Part shown: piece after piece, positions 42,823 through 52,225 of the stretch
How the letters are laid out: each line of letters starts with the position of its first letter
How positions within the stretch are numbered: position 1 is the stretch's first letter
From: Candidatus Woesebacteria bacterium
GTDB lineage: Bacteria > Patescibacteriota > Microgenomatia > UBA8517
Direction: 5' to 3'
Assembly: GCA_963784785.1 (NCBI GenBank)
Contig: CAWASW010000007.1
Coordinates: 2,394-66,393, forward strand
DNA length: 64,000 nucleotides
Made by a program: the position numbers and the translations under genes
The notes under the pieces: generated by a model
The model's input: only the letters and a program-made list of their open reading frames with translations
Database searches by the model: none
What the model was told of the DNA's origin: nothing

Positions 42823-42923
42823 CAAGTAGTACAAACTATATCATTTCGTGAAAACTCTTCCCCATCTCGTGAAAATATAACCTATAATTATGGGGTACTT
42901 TGAAGGCCACTCCTCTACTCTCC

Positions 42924-43703
42924 TTATTTACCCCACTGAGTTGCGAAAAACATTCCAATTAGGACTATTAATCCAACTGTAAGATACTCACGAATTGCGT
43001 TGGGAAATAATCTGTCTTCAAGCCTAGTCTGACCTAGACCTAAGAGCATGTATACCCCGCTGGTAAGAAATAATGAGCCTACAACTACCGTAACTGGCCA
43101 GAAAAATATCATTATTGATAGTTCTGTTAAAATTACGCTTGAGATAATCGTCATATTTCTGACATTTTTATCAATTTTCTTTTCAAGATCTATAGACCAA
43201 AATCCTTGCAGTAGCAATAGAAATGATATAAGAAAAACTAGTGGAGCAGTAACTAATACACTTTGTCTAATAGAAAGTACTGCATCAAACAGCAAAAATG
43301 ATGTGATTAGAGTCAGAACAAAACCGACTCCCCGTGCGGCACGCAACAGTGCAATGGTTTTAGATGATGAAACTGTATAGATATTCATTGTGGAAAGTAA
43401 AACATATATTCCAATTGCAAAAAAAATAATAATTGGAATTCTTGTAAAAATGTTTACTGGCAAGAGAAACCAAAATATACCAACACCTAAAGTGAAGGCC
43501 ATTGGTAAAATTAATGAAACTAAAGTCATATTAAGATTCATTCCTTCATAGAATGACCAAAAGGAGAAAAGTCCTGTAACTAAAACCAAAAGAGCAATTG
43601 CAGGAAATTTGTAAATTGAATCGACAAACTGTATGCTACCAAAACCAAAAACAAGCACCAACGAGGATATTAAGAATCTAATTCTTTTGGATATTCCTAA
43701 CAT
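42924..43703 (-). CDS. Polytopic membrane protein
   Basis: About 8 hydrophobic helices; IALLRAA, FWP. Confidence 0.8.
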   Translation of the reverse strand: MLGISKRIRFLISSLVLVFGFGSIQFVDSIYKFPAIALLVLVTGLFSFWSFYEGMNLNMTLVSLILPMAFTLGVGIFWFLLPVNIFTRIPIIIFFAIGIYVLLSTMNIYTVSSSKTIALLRAARGVGFVLTLITSFLLFDAVLSIRQSVLVTAPLVFLISFLLLLQGFWSIDLEKKIDKNVRNMTIISSVILTELSIMIFFWPVTVVVGSLFLTSGVYMLLGLGQTRLEDRLFPNAIREYLTVGLIVLIGMFFATQWGK

Positions 43704-43705
43704 AT

Positions 43706-44416
43706 TTAAAAATTGCTGTACACCTTTTGTACATCATCATGGTCTTCAAGAGACTCAAGAAAGTTTGTTAATTTCTCAATATGATCATTATCATCAATTT
43801 CAACATAGTTTTTAGGAACCATTGTTAGTTCTGTTCTTATTACAACAAATCCTTTTTCTTCAATTTTTTTCTTTTCTAGACTTAATTGATCTGGACTCAC
43901 ATATACCTCTAATCCAACTTCAGAATCCTGTATATCTTCTACTCCTAAATCAATTAGACTTAGCATCTGGGAATCAACATCTTCACTTTTTTGAAGTAAT
44001 AGATAGCCCTTGTGCTCAAAATTGTAGGAAACTGCACCAGGACCGGCGATATTTCCGCCAGCTTTCTCAAATATATTTTTAAATTCCTGTGCAGAACGAT
44101 TTTTATTATCTGTAACGACTTCAACCAAAACACCAACACCATACGGTCCAAAACCCTCGTACATTATCTCTTCGATATTTTCCATTTTGCTTTCTGCAGA
44201 TTTTAAAATCCTGTCGATATTATCCTTAGGCATGTTGGACTCTTTAGCCTTATCAATTGCAATTCTCAACTTAAAATTCATGTCTGGATTAGTTCCACCA
44301 CCTGATTTAATTGCTATTGAAATGTTTTTGGAGAGTTTTCCAAAGACGTTGCCTTTAGCAGCGTCTTTTAAACCTTTTTGTCTTTTAATTGTTGCAAAAT
44401 GTGAATGTCCTGACAT
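43706..44416 (-). CDS. yebC: YebC/PmpR family protein
   Basis: MSGHSH, NMPKDNI, YEGFGP, TDNKNR, DDVQKVY. Confidence 0.95.
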   Translation of the reverse strand: MSGHSHFATIKRQKGLKDAAKGNVFGKLSKNISIAIKSGGGTNPDMNFKLRIAIDKAKESNMPKDNIDRILKSAESKMENIEEIMYEGFGPYGVGVLVEVVTDNKNRSAQEFKNIFEKAGGNIAGPGAVSYNFEHKGYLLLQKSEDVDSQMLSLIDLGVEDIQDSEVGLEVYVSPDQLSLEKKKIEEKGFVVIRTELTMVPKNYVEIDDNDHIEKLTNFLESLEDHDDVQKVYSNF

Positions 44417-44445
44417 ACTATATATCAATTATACAACATACTAAG

Positions 44446-45057
44446 ATGGAAGAAAACCTTACGCAAAAAGCTATTACTGCAGCATTAAATTGCAACTGGA
44501 AGGAAGCAATAGCATTGAACCAATTAATTTTGGACAGGGAGCCACTCGACGTAGATGCAATGAATAGATTAGCCAAATCTTTTTTTGAAAATGGTGAGGT
44601 GAATAAAGCTAGGAAGACATCAAAGGAAGTACTCAAAATTAACCCTGATGACAATATTGCTAAAAATTCTATTAGAAAATATTCTCAAGCTAAACCAAAT
44701 CATAAAAAGCATACAAATAACGACATAGCATCATTTATTGAAGAGCCAGGCAAAACTAAGATAACTACGCTTATTAATCTGGGGTCTGAGGACGTGTACT
44801 CATGTCTGTGCCCTGGCGATGAAGTATTGCTAATACCTCATGCTCATAAGGTTTCAGTTACTACCACTAGCGGCAGTTATATTGGCAAGTTAACTGATGA
44901 TTTATCAGCAAGACTTAGAAACATGATCAAAAGCGGAAACAAATATAAGGTTATTATCAAATTAGCAAACAAAGATTGTGTAAGGATTTTTATAAAAGGT
45001 GATGTTGTATCTTTTCCTAGAGAGCAATCAGAATCTCTGAGCGAATTTAGCTCCTAA
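44446..45057 (+). CDS. TPR-containing protein
   Basis: TPR helices then FIEEPGKTK. Confidence 0.8.
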   Translation: MEENLTQKAITAALNCNWKEAIALNQLILDREPLDVDAMNRLAKSFFENGEVNKARKTSKEVLKINPDDNIAKNSIRKYSQAKPNHKKHTNNDIASFIEEPGKTKITTLINLGSEDVYSCLCPGDEVLLIPHAHKVSVTTTSGSYIGKLTDDLSARLRNMIKSGNKYKVIIKLANKDCVRIFIKGDVVSFPREQSESLSEFSS

Positions 45058-45825
45058 ACTTAATTTCAAATCCCCATTCAAATTTTTATCTAAGATTAAT
45101 TCGCAATTAAATAACTGTAAATAAATCTTTGCAATTTTTGAATTTTTAGTAACAATCTTGCAATCAAGTTCCTTATCATATCCTTTTGAGTTAGATGTTA
45201 TTTTTCCTCCAGTTGTTTCTATAATCTTTGATATTTTCTCTGCTAAAGTTGAATCTCCTGTTAAATCCTCTACTTCAATTTTAGGAACAGTCTGAACAAA
45301 TTGGTCTTCAACAAAGTTTATAAATACGTAATTTGGCAAATTACTTGATGAATCAAACTTCAAATCATATTCTGAAAATCTGTTTCTTGACAAAAACGCA
45401 CTAATTTTTTGATAAAGTGATAAATTGCTGTTCTTACCGTTCTTCCATAGAAAAACAGGCAGTGAATAGTTTTTAGTAATTGTTTCAGCTACTAATTTAC
45501 CTTCATTTTCGTCTTTCTGACTCAAAGTCCAGAGGCTTCCTAATTTATAGTTCCCGTATGATCGAGCTGAATCTAGTTCATTCTCTGCAGGTATCAGATA
45601 TCTGATCGTTTTGTCTGCCTTAGGGTCGACAATAATAATTTCCGCATCCCCTACTCCAACTTTATTTACATAGATGAACTTATCTAAGGTTAAAACTCGA
45701 AAAATCAAAAACACAAAATATCCAAGTAAAATAAAAATTAAAAGTACAAAAAATATTTTTATGCTTCTGTTACTTTTGATACTTTTGGTACCTTTTATAC
45801 TTTTTCGATAATTAAATCTTCGCAT
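45028..45825 (-). CDS. Membrane-anchored protein, degenerate LCP/LytR_C-like
   Basis: TM, C-terminal C...C...LSLG; N-terminus encoded by a 9-mer array at 45762-45806. Confidence 0.6.
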   Translation of the reverse strand: MRRFNYRKSIKGTKSIKSNRSIKIFFVLLIFILLGYFVFLIFRVLTLDKFIYVNKVGVGDAEIIIVDPKADKTIRYLIPAENELDSARSYGNYKLGSLWTLSQKDENEGKLVAETITKNYSLPVFLWKNGKNSNLSLYQKISAFLSRNRFSEYDLKFDSSSNLPNYVFINFVEDQFVQTVPKIEVEDLTGDSTLAEKISKIIETTGGKITSNSKGYDKELDCKIVTKNSKIAKIYLQLFNCELILDKNLNGDLKLSLGAKFAQRF

Positions 45826-47467
45826 GTGATAATCTCATACTTTTTAATGATTTATTAACATTTTCATTAGTTCTACCCATTGAGATTAAAATGTTTTTGA
45901 TAATTGATGTTGCTGCTTCAAATTCCGGCTGCACCAATTTATCAACTCTTAAATTTTTAAGTTTTTCATAGTCTTCATCCAGATGTACACGGGATATTAT
46001 TCTGGTTGTTGGAGAAAGAGTTTGAACGTGAGCTATTACCGATTCCTGAGAAATTCTATCAGGAATTGCAATAACAACTGCTTTTGCCTGCAACAATCCA
46101 GCAATTTTCAATACTTCTTTTTCGATAGGATCTCCATGAATCGCTTTAATGCCTTTTTTAATGCAATCCTGAACAATTTTTGGATCTAGATCGATTACTA
46201 CAAAATCTATACCCTGATCTACCAAAGATTTGCCTACCCAGCCACCTACTCTACCGTAGCCACAAATTATTATATGATTTGATAAATTCAAATCTTCTTT
46301 TTGGTTCTTATCAAAGGAAGACATAAAATCAAATTTTGACGAAAGATACCTCCAAACTGGTATGGCTAATTTGTATATAAATGGAGTTAAAATTAAAGTT
46401 ACAAGTGTCACCGCGATACCAAGTGATGAAATTCTATCAGTAATCAAATTTAGAGAGCTAGCAGCAGTAAATAATATAAACGAAAATTCTCCTACCTGAG
46501 ACAAGCCGAAGGCCGTCACAATGATTGTCTTACCCTTAAACCTCATCCATTGGTTGATAATAACAATAATTAATATCTTTGAAATTATTACTAACAAAGA
46601 AACAAAAAGTATCATTCCTAAATTCGAGTAAATGTAAGAAAAACTTACAAAAAATCCTAATGTTACAAAAAATAATGCTGCAAACAAATCACGTAGCGGT
46701 CTGGTTTCAGCGAATACTGCATGATTTTCTTGAGACTCCGATATTACAAACCCAGCAATAAACGCTCCAAGACTTGCTGAAATTCCAAACTGAGATACTG
46801 CCATTGCCGTCCCCACAGCAAGTGTCACTGAAGTTAAGACCATTAGTTCTCTAGAATTTAGAATGGCTACTTTATGTATTAGAAATGGAACAATCTTTTT
46901 ACCAAGAACTACTGCTACAACAATAATTAGAATCGCTTTTAATATAGCAATTATTCCAAGCATGACAGCTCCTTCCTGATTCAAGGACAAAATAGGTAAA
47001 ATTATCATCATTGGAATAACGGCCAAATCCTGAATTAATAACCAACCAACCATCAACTTTCCATGCACAGTTTCAGATTCACCTCTATCAATTAGTGTTT
47101 TAACGACTACAGCAGTTGATGATAGTGAAAAACCTAATCCAAGGATAATTGAGGTTATGTTATCAAAGGAAAATAATCTAAAAACAACAAAGAAAAATAG
47201 TGTTACCAAAATCATTTGAAGCGTTGAGGCTACTAATATCCGTTTAATCGCAGAGCCATACTTACTTATTGAAAGTTCAAGCCCAATTGAAAACAAAAGT
47301 AATATTGCCCCTAGCTCTGCTAATTTCTCCACTTCAAATGAGTAAACAGGTAATAAAGATTTTGCAGTAACTCCAGCTAAAATATAACCAATAATCGGTT
47401 GAAGCTTTAAACGTTTGGCTAAATAGCCGCCTAACAAAGCTGAGAGGATAACTACAAATAATTGCAT
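45812..47467 (-). CDS. CPA2/Kef cation:proton antiporter with TrkA-N domain
   Basis: LLFSIGLE, SSTAVV, QD, QVGEFSF, GYGRVG. Confidence 0.92.
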   Translation of the reverse strand: MQLFVVILSALLGGYLAKRLKLQPIIGYILAGVTAKSLLPVYSFEVEKLAELGAILLLFSIGLELSISKYGSAIKRILVASTLQMILVTLFFFVVFRLFSFDNITSIILGLGFSLSSTAVVVKTLIDRGESETVHGKLMVGWLLIQDLAVIPMMIILPILSLNQEGAVMLGIIAILKAILIIVVAVVLGKKIVPFLIHKVAILNSRELMVLTSVTLAVGTAMAVSQFGISASLGAFIAGFVISESQENHAVFAETRPLRDLFAALFFVTLGFFVSFSYIYSNLGMILFVSLLVIISKILIIVIINQWMRFKGKTIIVTAFGLSQVGEFSFILFTAASSLNLITDRISSLGIAVTLVTLILTPFIYKLAIPVWRYLSSKFDFMSSFDKNQKEDLNLSNHIIICGYGRVGGWVGKSLVDQGIDFVVIDLDPKIVQDCIKKGIKAIHGDPIEKEVLKIAGLLQAKAVVIAIPDRISQESVIAHVQTLSPTTRIISRVHLDEDYEKLKNLRVDKLVQPEFEAATSIIKNILISMGRTNENVNKSLKSMRLSHAKI

Positions 47468-47476
47468 TAACTAATA

Positions 47477-48193
47477 CTAAGGCATTTTCACGAGCTTTTC
47501 CAGCACTTCACGAAGATCAGGAGTTAAATCTGATGTAAAATCCATCTTTTTCTTTGACAATGGATTCAAAAAAGTGATTCCACCAGCATGCAAAAAAAGT
47601 CTTGAACACCATTTTCTATCGTGTCTAGCAGTCTTTCTACCTGCGTAAAATTCGTCACTAACTATTGGAAAACCCAAATGTTTAAGATGTATACGTATTT
47701 GATGTGTCCTTCCAGTTTTTGGTTTAAGTTCCAAAAGTGTGAGATTTTCATTGGAAATTGGGAGTTGGAAATTGGAAATTACGCTGTATTCCGTAACAGC
47801 GTCCCGTCCCCCTGCCATTACTCCAAATCTATCTCTTCTCCATGGAAGTCTTCCGACTGGTTCATTTATAATTCCTTCTGATGGCTCCACTTTTCCATGA
47901 ACTAATGCAACATATGTCTTATGGACTAGACGGTCTTTAAACTGCCGTTGAAGATCCTCAAGAGCAGCGTTCGTCTTAGCTATCAAAAGTAGGCCAGATG
48001 TTTCCTTATCCAATCTGTGCACTATACCATTCCTAAATTGAAAATTGTTAATTGGAAATTGGAAATTCTCTGCCACCCACTCCTGTATCACAGGTTGACC
48101 TTTAGTTGTGGCGGCAGAGTCCGTTATCCAACCAGAAGGTTTCTCCACAACAAAAAAACTCTCGTCTTCAAATATTATCTTTGGATCAGCCAT
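47477..48193 (-). CDS. RluA-family pseudouridine synthase
   Basis: KPSG, HRLDKETSG, TGRTHQIR, LHA. Confidence 0.94.
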   Translation of the reverse strand: MADPKIIFEDESFFVVEKPSGWITDSAATTKGQPVIQEWVAENFQFPINNFQFRNGIVHRLDKETSGLLLIAKTNAALEDLQRQFKDRLVHKTYVALVHGKVEPSEGIINEPVGRLPWRRDRFGVMAGGRDAVTEYSVISNFQLPISNENLTLLELKPKTGRTHQIRIHLKHLGFPIVSDEFYAGRKTARHDRKWCSRLFLHAGGITFLNPLSKKKMDFTSDLTPDLREVLEKLVKMP

Positions 48194-48210
48194 ATGGAGC
48201 TATTGTACTA

Positions 48211-48246
48211 CTAATTATCTAATCAACCAATTAACTAATTCGCTAA
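48211..48246. repeat. Octamer array CTAATNNN
   Basis: CTAATTAT CTAATCAA CCAATTAA CTAATTCG CTAA. Confidence 0.75.
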
Positions 48247-48247
48247 A

Positions 48248-48628
48248 TTACTTCTCTCTTCTTTTTTCACACTTAACACACTTTGTAGCTTCAAGAAATA
48301 CTGCTAGTCTGTCAGTATCAATCATCTTTCCACAATCCTCACAAATGCCATATTTACCTTTCTTAACTCTATCCAATGCCTTTTTTATTTGAAGGGCTTT
48401 ATTATTAAGTTCAGTTTTAATTGCTGTAACTCTAGCATGACCATATTGTTCTTCAGCTTCGGTATCGCTTGCTGCATTATCTAAATCTCTTGTTTTATCA
48501 TTGAATGGATCTTCTGTAGATATCTTCTTTTTATTTAAACGAAGTGCAACTAATTTCTCAGTCAAAAATTTGTGAATTGGAGTAAGTAAACTTTTAGGAA
48601 ATTTTGTTTCTTCTTTTATTTTCTTCAT
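48248..48628 (-). CDS. DksA/TraR C4 zinc-finger protein
   Basis: YGICEDCG...RL...CVKC. Confidence 0.88.
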   Translation of the reverse strand: MKKIKEETKFPKSLLTPIHKFLTEKLVALRLNKKKISTEDPFNDKTRDLDNAASDTEAEEQYGHARVTAIKTELNNKALQIKKALDRVKKGKYGICEDCGKMIDTDRLAVFLEATKCVKCEKRREK

Positions 48629-49227
48629 TCTGATTTTCTTGATAAATTATACAACACAATAGTTAACAGTAAAGCGGTACTTAATGAAAAGTATATTTCA
48701 AATGAACCAGCAAAGGACATAGTGTCTCTAAAAAATAAGGATAGCAATCCTCTTGATACAAAAAAAACAATTGCAGTCACTATCCCCGAAAAGCCAACAC
48801 GACCAGATTTATACCAGTTAAACCCCCTGTAAATTGAATCTAAAAAGAAATATAAAAAGATACATAAAATTGTGATCCAAAAAGAAAGGAAGGAAGACAG
48901 GCTAGATCTGTAGATTGCATCATTGGCATAAATTAATGAAATCCATGGCAGCATCCCAATTACTAATGCTTCAAAAGATTCAAAAAACTTCATCTTTTGC
49001 TTTTTAATAGTTAAGACAAAACCAATTGCAGTACCAATAATAGCTAGCCAAAACCAAAAAGAGCTTAAAATATATTTAGAAATAATCAAAAATACAAACT
49101 GAAATACAACGACTATTCCAGCCAAATTAAATACCTTTTCATAATGGTAGTCCTCTTTAAGAGTTCTCCAAAGCATAAAAAACAAAAATAGAATGCCTAT
49201 TATATTTGCAATTACCATCATGATCAT
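48625..49227 (-). CDS. Membrane protein, Lgt-like
   Basis: Multiple TMs, WYKSGRVGF; start uncertain. Confidence 0.6.
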   Translation of the reverse strand: MIMMVIANIIGILFLFFMLWRTLKEDYHYEKVFNLAGIVVVFQFVFLIISKYILSSFWFWLAIIGTAIGFVLTIKKQKMKFFESFEALVIGMLPWISLIYANDAIYRSSLSSFLSFWITILCIFLYFFLDSIYRGFNWYKSGRVGFSGIVTAIVFFVSRGLLSLFFRDTMSFAGSFEIYFSLSTALLLTIVLYNLSRKSE

Positions 49228-49244
49228 AATATCATAGAAGGACG

Positions 49245-49691
49245 ATGCTAGAAACACCACATGTAGCAGTAGGAATAGCCATAGCAGCAGCAATTCCAAA
49301 CCCACTAATATCAATACCTCTTGCCTTTATGAGCCATTTTATTTTAGACATGACACCGCATTGGAATCCACATTTAAATTCTGAAACAAAAAGATATGGG
49401 CAACTTACAAATAGTACGTTATTAATTATTGGTTTTGATTTAGCTTGCGCAGCAATATTAACTGCCTATATAGGTAGAAGGGATTTAATAATTTATATGG
49501 CTTCTTTCGCGGCAATACTGCCAGACATTGTTGAGGGACCTTATTATTTGTTTGGATTTAAAAATAAATACTTAGAAATTTGGAGAAAATTCCAAAAATC
49601 AATTCAATCTGACGCAAATGTTTTTTGGGGACTAACTACTCAAATTTTAACGCTCCTTGCCGCTTTTTTTTGGTTCTTTGCCGTCAAGTAA
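49245..49691 (+). CDS. Membrane-bound metal-dependent hydrolase-like protein
   Basis: TPH, SHFILD..PH, ILPD. Confidence 0.75.
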   Translation: MLETPHVAVGIAIAAAIPNPLISIPLAFMSHFILDMTPHWNPHLNSETKRYGQLTNSTLLIIGFDLACAAILTAYIGRRDLIIYMASFAAILPDIVEGPYYLFGFKNKYLEIWRKFQKSIQSDANVFWGLTTQILTLLAAFFWFFAVK

Positions 49692-49805
49692 TCTATCTAT
49701 TTCCTTATTTATATCTGCATTAACCATGATCAATTTATTTCTACGCAATTTACTTTTTAAAGCTTCTGCTAACTGAGTCTCAACACTTTTATTGTTTTTC
49801 TTCAT
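49647..49805 (-). CDS. 52-aa basic protein coupled to efp
   Basis: ATGA overlap with the efp stop; MKKNNKSVETQLAEALKSKLRR...; read manually. Confidence 0.45.
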   Translation of the reverse strand: MKKNNKSVETQLAEALKSKLRRNKLIMVNADINKEIDRLLDGKEPKKSGKER

Positions 49806-50371
49806 TCTTTTGCCCTTTCTACATAATCACCAGTTCTTGTGTCTACTCTAATTGTCTCCCCTACTTTGATAAAAAGTGGGACTTTAACCATTAGTCCATT
49901 TTCCATGGTTGCAGATTTTAGATAGTTACTTGCAGTATTTCCTTTTACACCAGGATCGCAATCAATAACTTTTAGGTTAATTTTAGGAGGAAGATCAACT
50001 GACATTGCTCTATCTCCCCAGAATAAAATGTCACATTCTCCACCTTCCTTAATAAAGTTGACATCTGTGCCTAAAATTGCGATTGGTACTTCAATTTGTT
50101 CATAATTTTCATTGTTCATGAAATAAACAATTTTTTCGTCCTTGTATAAATACTGAAGTTTCTTTTTGTTTAAAGTAATAAGTTCAAAAGAAAGGTTCGA
50201 AGAAAAAGCATGCTCAACATTCGCACCATTCTTTAAGTTAATACAGTTGACACGAACGGTGGCTCCGCCACGTCCCATTTTAATAAGCTGATATTTTGTC
50301 ACTTTGAATGGTTTTCCCTCATATATAAAGGCAATTCCAGCCTTAAGTGAAGTAGCATTAATGTTTGCCAT
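49802..50371 (-). CDS. efp: Elongation factor P
   Basis: KMGRG loop (Arg), PGVKGNT, VPLFI, VDTRTGDY. Confidence 0.95.
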   Translation of the reverse strand: MANINATSLKAGIAFIYEGKPFKVTKYQLIKMGRGGATVRVNCINLKNGANVEHAFSSNLSFELITLNKKKLQYLYKDEKIVYFMNNENYEQIEVPIAILGTDVNFIKEGGECDILFWGDRAMSVDLPPKINLKVIDCDPGVKGNTASNYLKSATMENGLMVKVPLFIKVGETIRVDTRTGDYVERAKE

Positions 50372-50408
50372 ATTAAGCCGGATTATACCTCAAAAAATAT
50401 TGTGTTGC

Positions 50409-50454
50409 AAAGAAGTCCTTGAGATATGTTGATCGTATCCTCAAGGACTTCTTT
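50409..50454. terminator. 15-bp hairpin downstream of microprotein
   Basis: AAAGAAGTCCTTGAG/CTCAAGGACTTCTTT. Confidence 0.65.
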
Positions 50455-50519
50455 ATTTATTACTATACCTACGGACCAATGCCGAGGCTTTGAGCAGTAA
50501 GTGTGAGATAACCCCACAC

Positions 50520-51036
50520 AATAAAAAACACATGGCATAAATGCCATGGTTTTACCCCTTCTGTGGCATACTTTCCACTTGATTTTTAATGTATTTTTTA
50601 ACCTGGATGAAACTTGTTGCACCCACTGATTCTGCAAAGTAGCCATCAGACCAGAATGAGTCACCCCAAAGAAATTCTTCTAACTCTGGAAATTCTTTCC
50701 TTAAGATTCTTGATGAACCACCTTTCAGTTGGTTAACAACTTTTGAGATGGACAAGTTTGGTTGGATTTGTATAAGCATATGTACATGATCATGCAATAT
50801 TGTAATTTCTTCAATCCACCAGTTGTTAACCTCACATGCTTTGAAGAATAAGTCTTTAAGTCTTGTAGCTACTTTGCCACGTAATATCCTTTTTCTGTAT
50901 TTTGGTAAAAATACCAAATGAATCATAATTCTGTGCTTTGTGTGTGCACCATGCCAGTACTTTAACATTTCCCTCAAGTATGCCACAAACTATACTTGCT
51001 CCACCAGCCTAAAGGCTGGGGATTAATGTGCAGAAG
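50520..51036 (-). mobile_element. IS200-type element, copy 2
   Basis: Matches copy 1 end to end; identical TnpA translation. Confidence 0.93.
50552..50986 (-). CDS. tnpA: IS200/IS605 Y1 transposase
   Basis: Identical to 25351-25785. Confidence 0.96.
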   Translation of the reverse strand: MAYLREMLKYWHGAHTKHRIMIHLVFLPKYRKRILRGKVATRLKDLFFKACEVNNWWIEEITILHDHVHMLIQIQPNLSISKVVNQLKGGSSRILRKEFPELEEFLWGDSFWSDGYFAESVGATSFIQVKKYIKNQVESMPQKG

Positions 51037-51249
51037 ATTTAATAGCACAAACGCCCCAACACCCCCCAATATGATGATCACTGCAACTTCCCATGCATGA
51101 AGTTTCGAATCATCATTCTTATCTTCATCTGCTTTTCTTACCATTTAGACCTCCTTGTCTAAATTACAAAAAAATTTTGTATCAACGCTTTTGGTTGAGT
51201 TGGGGTTATTATACTACAAAATTTTAGAAAAATAAACTATGGGGCGAAA

Positions 51250-51540
51250 TTAATTTACGTATACAATCTTTTGAAGATCCTCGATTTGGTCTGTATGTTC
51301 CCTGATTTTGTCTGACATCATTTCTCTTTCTTCATCGAATTTCTTAAATTGGCCTGCCAACGAATCTAGATGTGTCAACACTCTATCTAATTTACTATCA
51401 TTTCCAGCTATACCTTCTTTTAATTCACTCAACGTCTCGTCAACATCTGCAAATTTCGAATCCATTCTGATCCTCAGTTTTTCGACCTCGTTTCTAACAA
51501 AATTTTCTGTTGCAACTTCAGATTTTGATGGTGTTACCAT
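51250..51540 (-). CDS. Coiled-coil hypothetical protein
   Basis: Heptad pattern; start MVTPSK. Confidence 0.65.
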   Translation of the reverse strand: MVTPSKSEVATENFVRNEVEKLRIRMDSKFADVDETLSELKEGIAGNDSKLDRVLTHLDSLAGQFKKFDEEREMMSDKIREHTDQIEDLQKIVYVN

Positions 51541-51594
51541 ATTTTTACTATATTCTTTGAAAACAATAGTGTCAATGATACAATACAAGAACTT

Positions 51595-51678
51595 GGTGCG
51601 GTGCTGGAATTGGTATACAGGTTAGTCTCAAAAACTAATGATGGCAACATCACGAGGGTTCGAATCCCTCCCGCACCA
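51595..51678 (+). tRNA. tRNA-Leu(CAA)
   Basis: GGTGCGG/CCGCACC acceptor, TTAGT-CTCAAAA-ACTAA, long variable arm, GGTTCGAATCC; CCA not encoded. Confidence 0.95.
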
Positions 51679-51786
51679 CATGGGCACAAAGAGGACTCTA
51701 TAGAAAAACATTTAGTGTATTAATCATGAAGAAGTGTAATTACAAGCAACCGTATTTATTTTTTAAGAGAAGGAAAAATTAGATAA

Positions 51787-51829
51787 ATTGAGGTAGTCCC
51801 CAAAAAAACTTTTGTTGGGGACTCTCAAT
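51787..51829. terminator. Hairpin downstream of ORF 52092-51844
   Basis: AGTCCCCAA/TTGGGGACT, extended by ATTGAG/CTCAAT. Confidence 0.55.
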
Positions 51830-51843
51830 CGTATAATATTTAT

Positions 51844-52092
51844 TTAGTCTTTGTGGAACATGTCCTTAAGCAATTTGATCAGAGATATGTCGGGGAGTTC
51901 GTAACTTTTTGTTACGGTGAGATACGCGCTTAAGGCAGTCGACACCAAAAGCGTCACCAGCAACATCCCCAGAGACACAACAACAAACCACATGTTTTTG
52001 AGGCATACCCCAACAAAAATGATCAATAACGCGGTCCCCACATACCTCCCCATCCCCTGAACGGGGTTCCATCTTCCGTTTCTGTTACTCAT
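51844..52092 (-). CDS. 82-aa SD-led two-TM protein
   Basis: AAAGGAGTTTTGAAATG; higher GC; hydrophobic. Confidence 0.7.
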   Translation of the reverse strand: MSNRNGRWNPVQGMGRYVGTALLIIFVGVCLKNMWFVVVSLGMLLVTLLVSTALSAYLTVTKSYELPDISLIKLLKDMFHKD

Positions 52093-52225
52093 TTCAAAAC
52101 TCCTTTGTTTCCATCCAATTGATTAGGTGGAAAACGAAAATAAATAATACGGTATCTTGTCAAAGGGCCCTAAAAACTGGTCCTGAATATTTATATATTA
52201 CTACTATGGGGCACATTTAGCAAGT

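Larger units (their letters stand above)
50469..51144 (-). pseudogene. 52-aa SD-led TM microprotein interrupted by IS200
   Basis: Excising 50520-51036 gives MVRKADEDKNDDSKLHAWEVAVIIILGGVGAFVLLNVWGYLTLTAQSLGIGP; AAGGAGG SD. Confidence 0.65.

Noticed and set aside
42039-42923. oriC
   Set aside because: Only one DnaA box, no dnaA nearby, and no skew switch evident by eye.
50383-50664. 93-aa ORF
   Set aside because: Chimera of an off-frame IS segment and flanking DNA.
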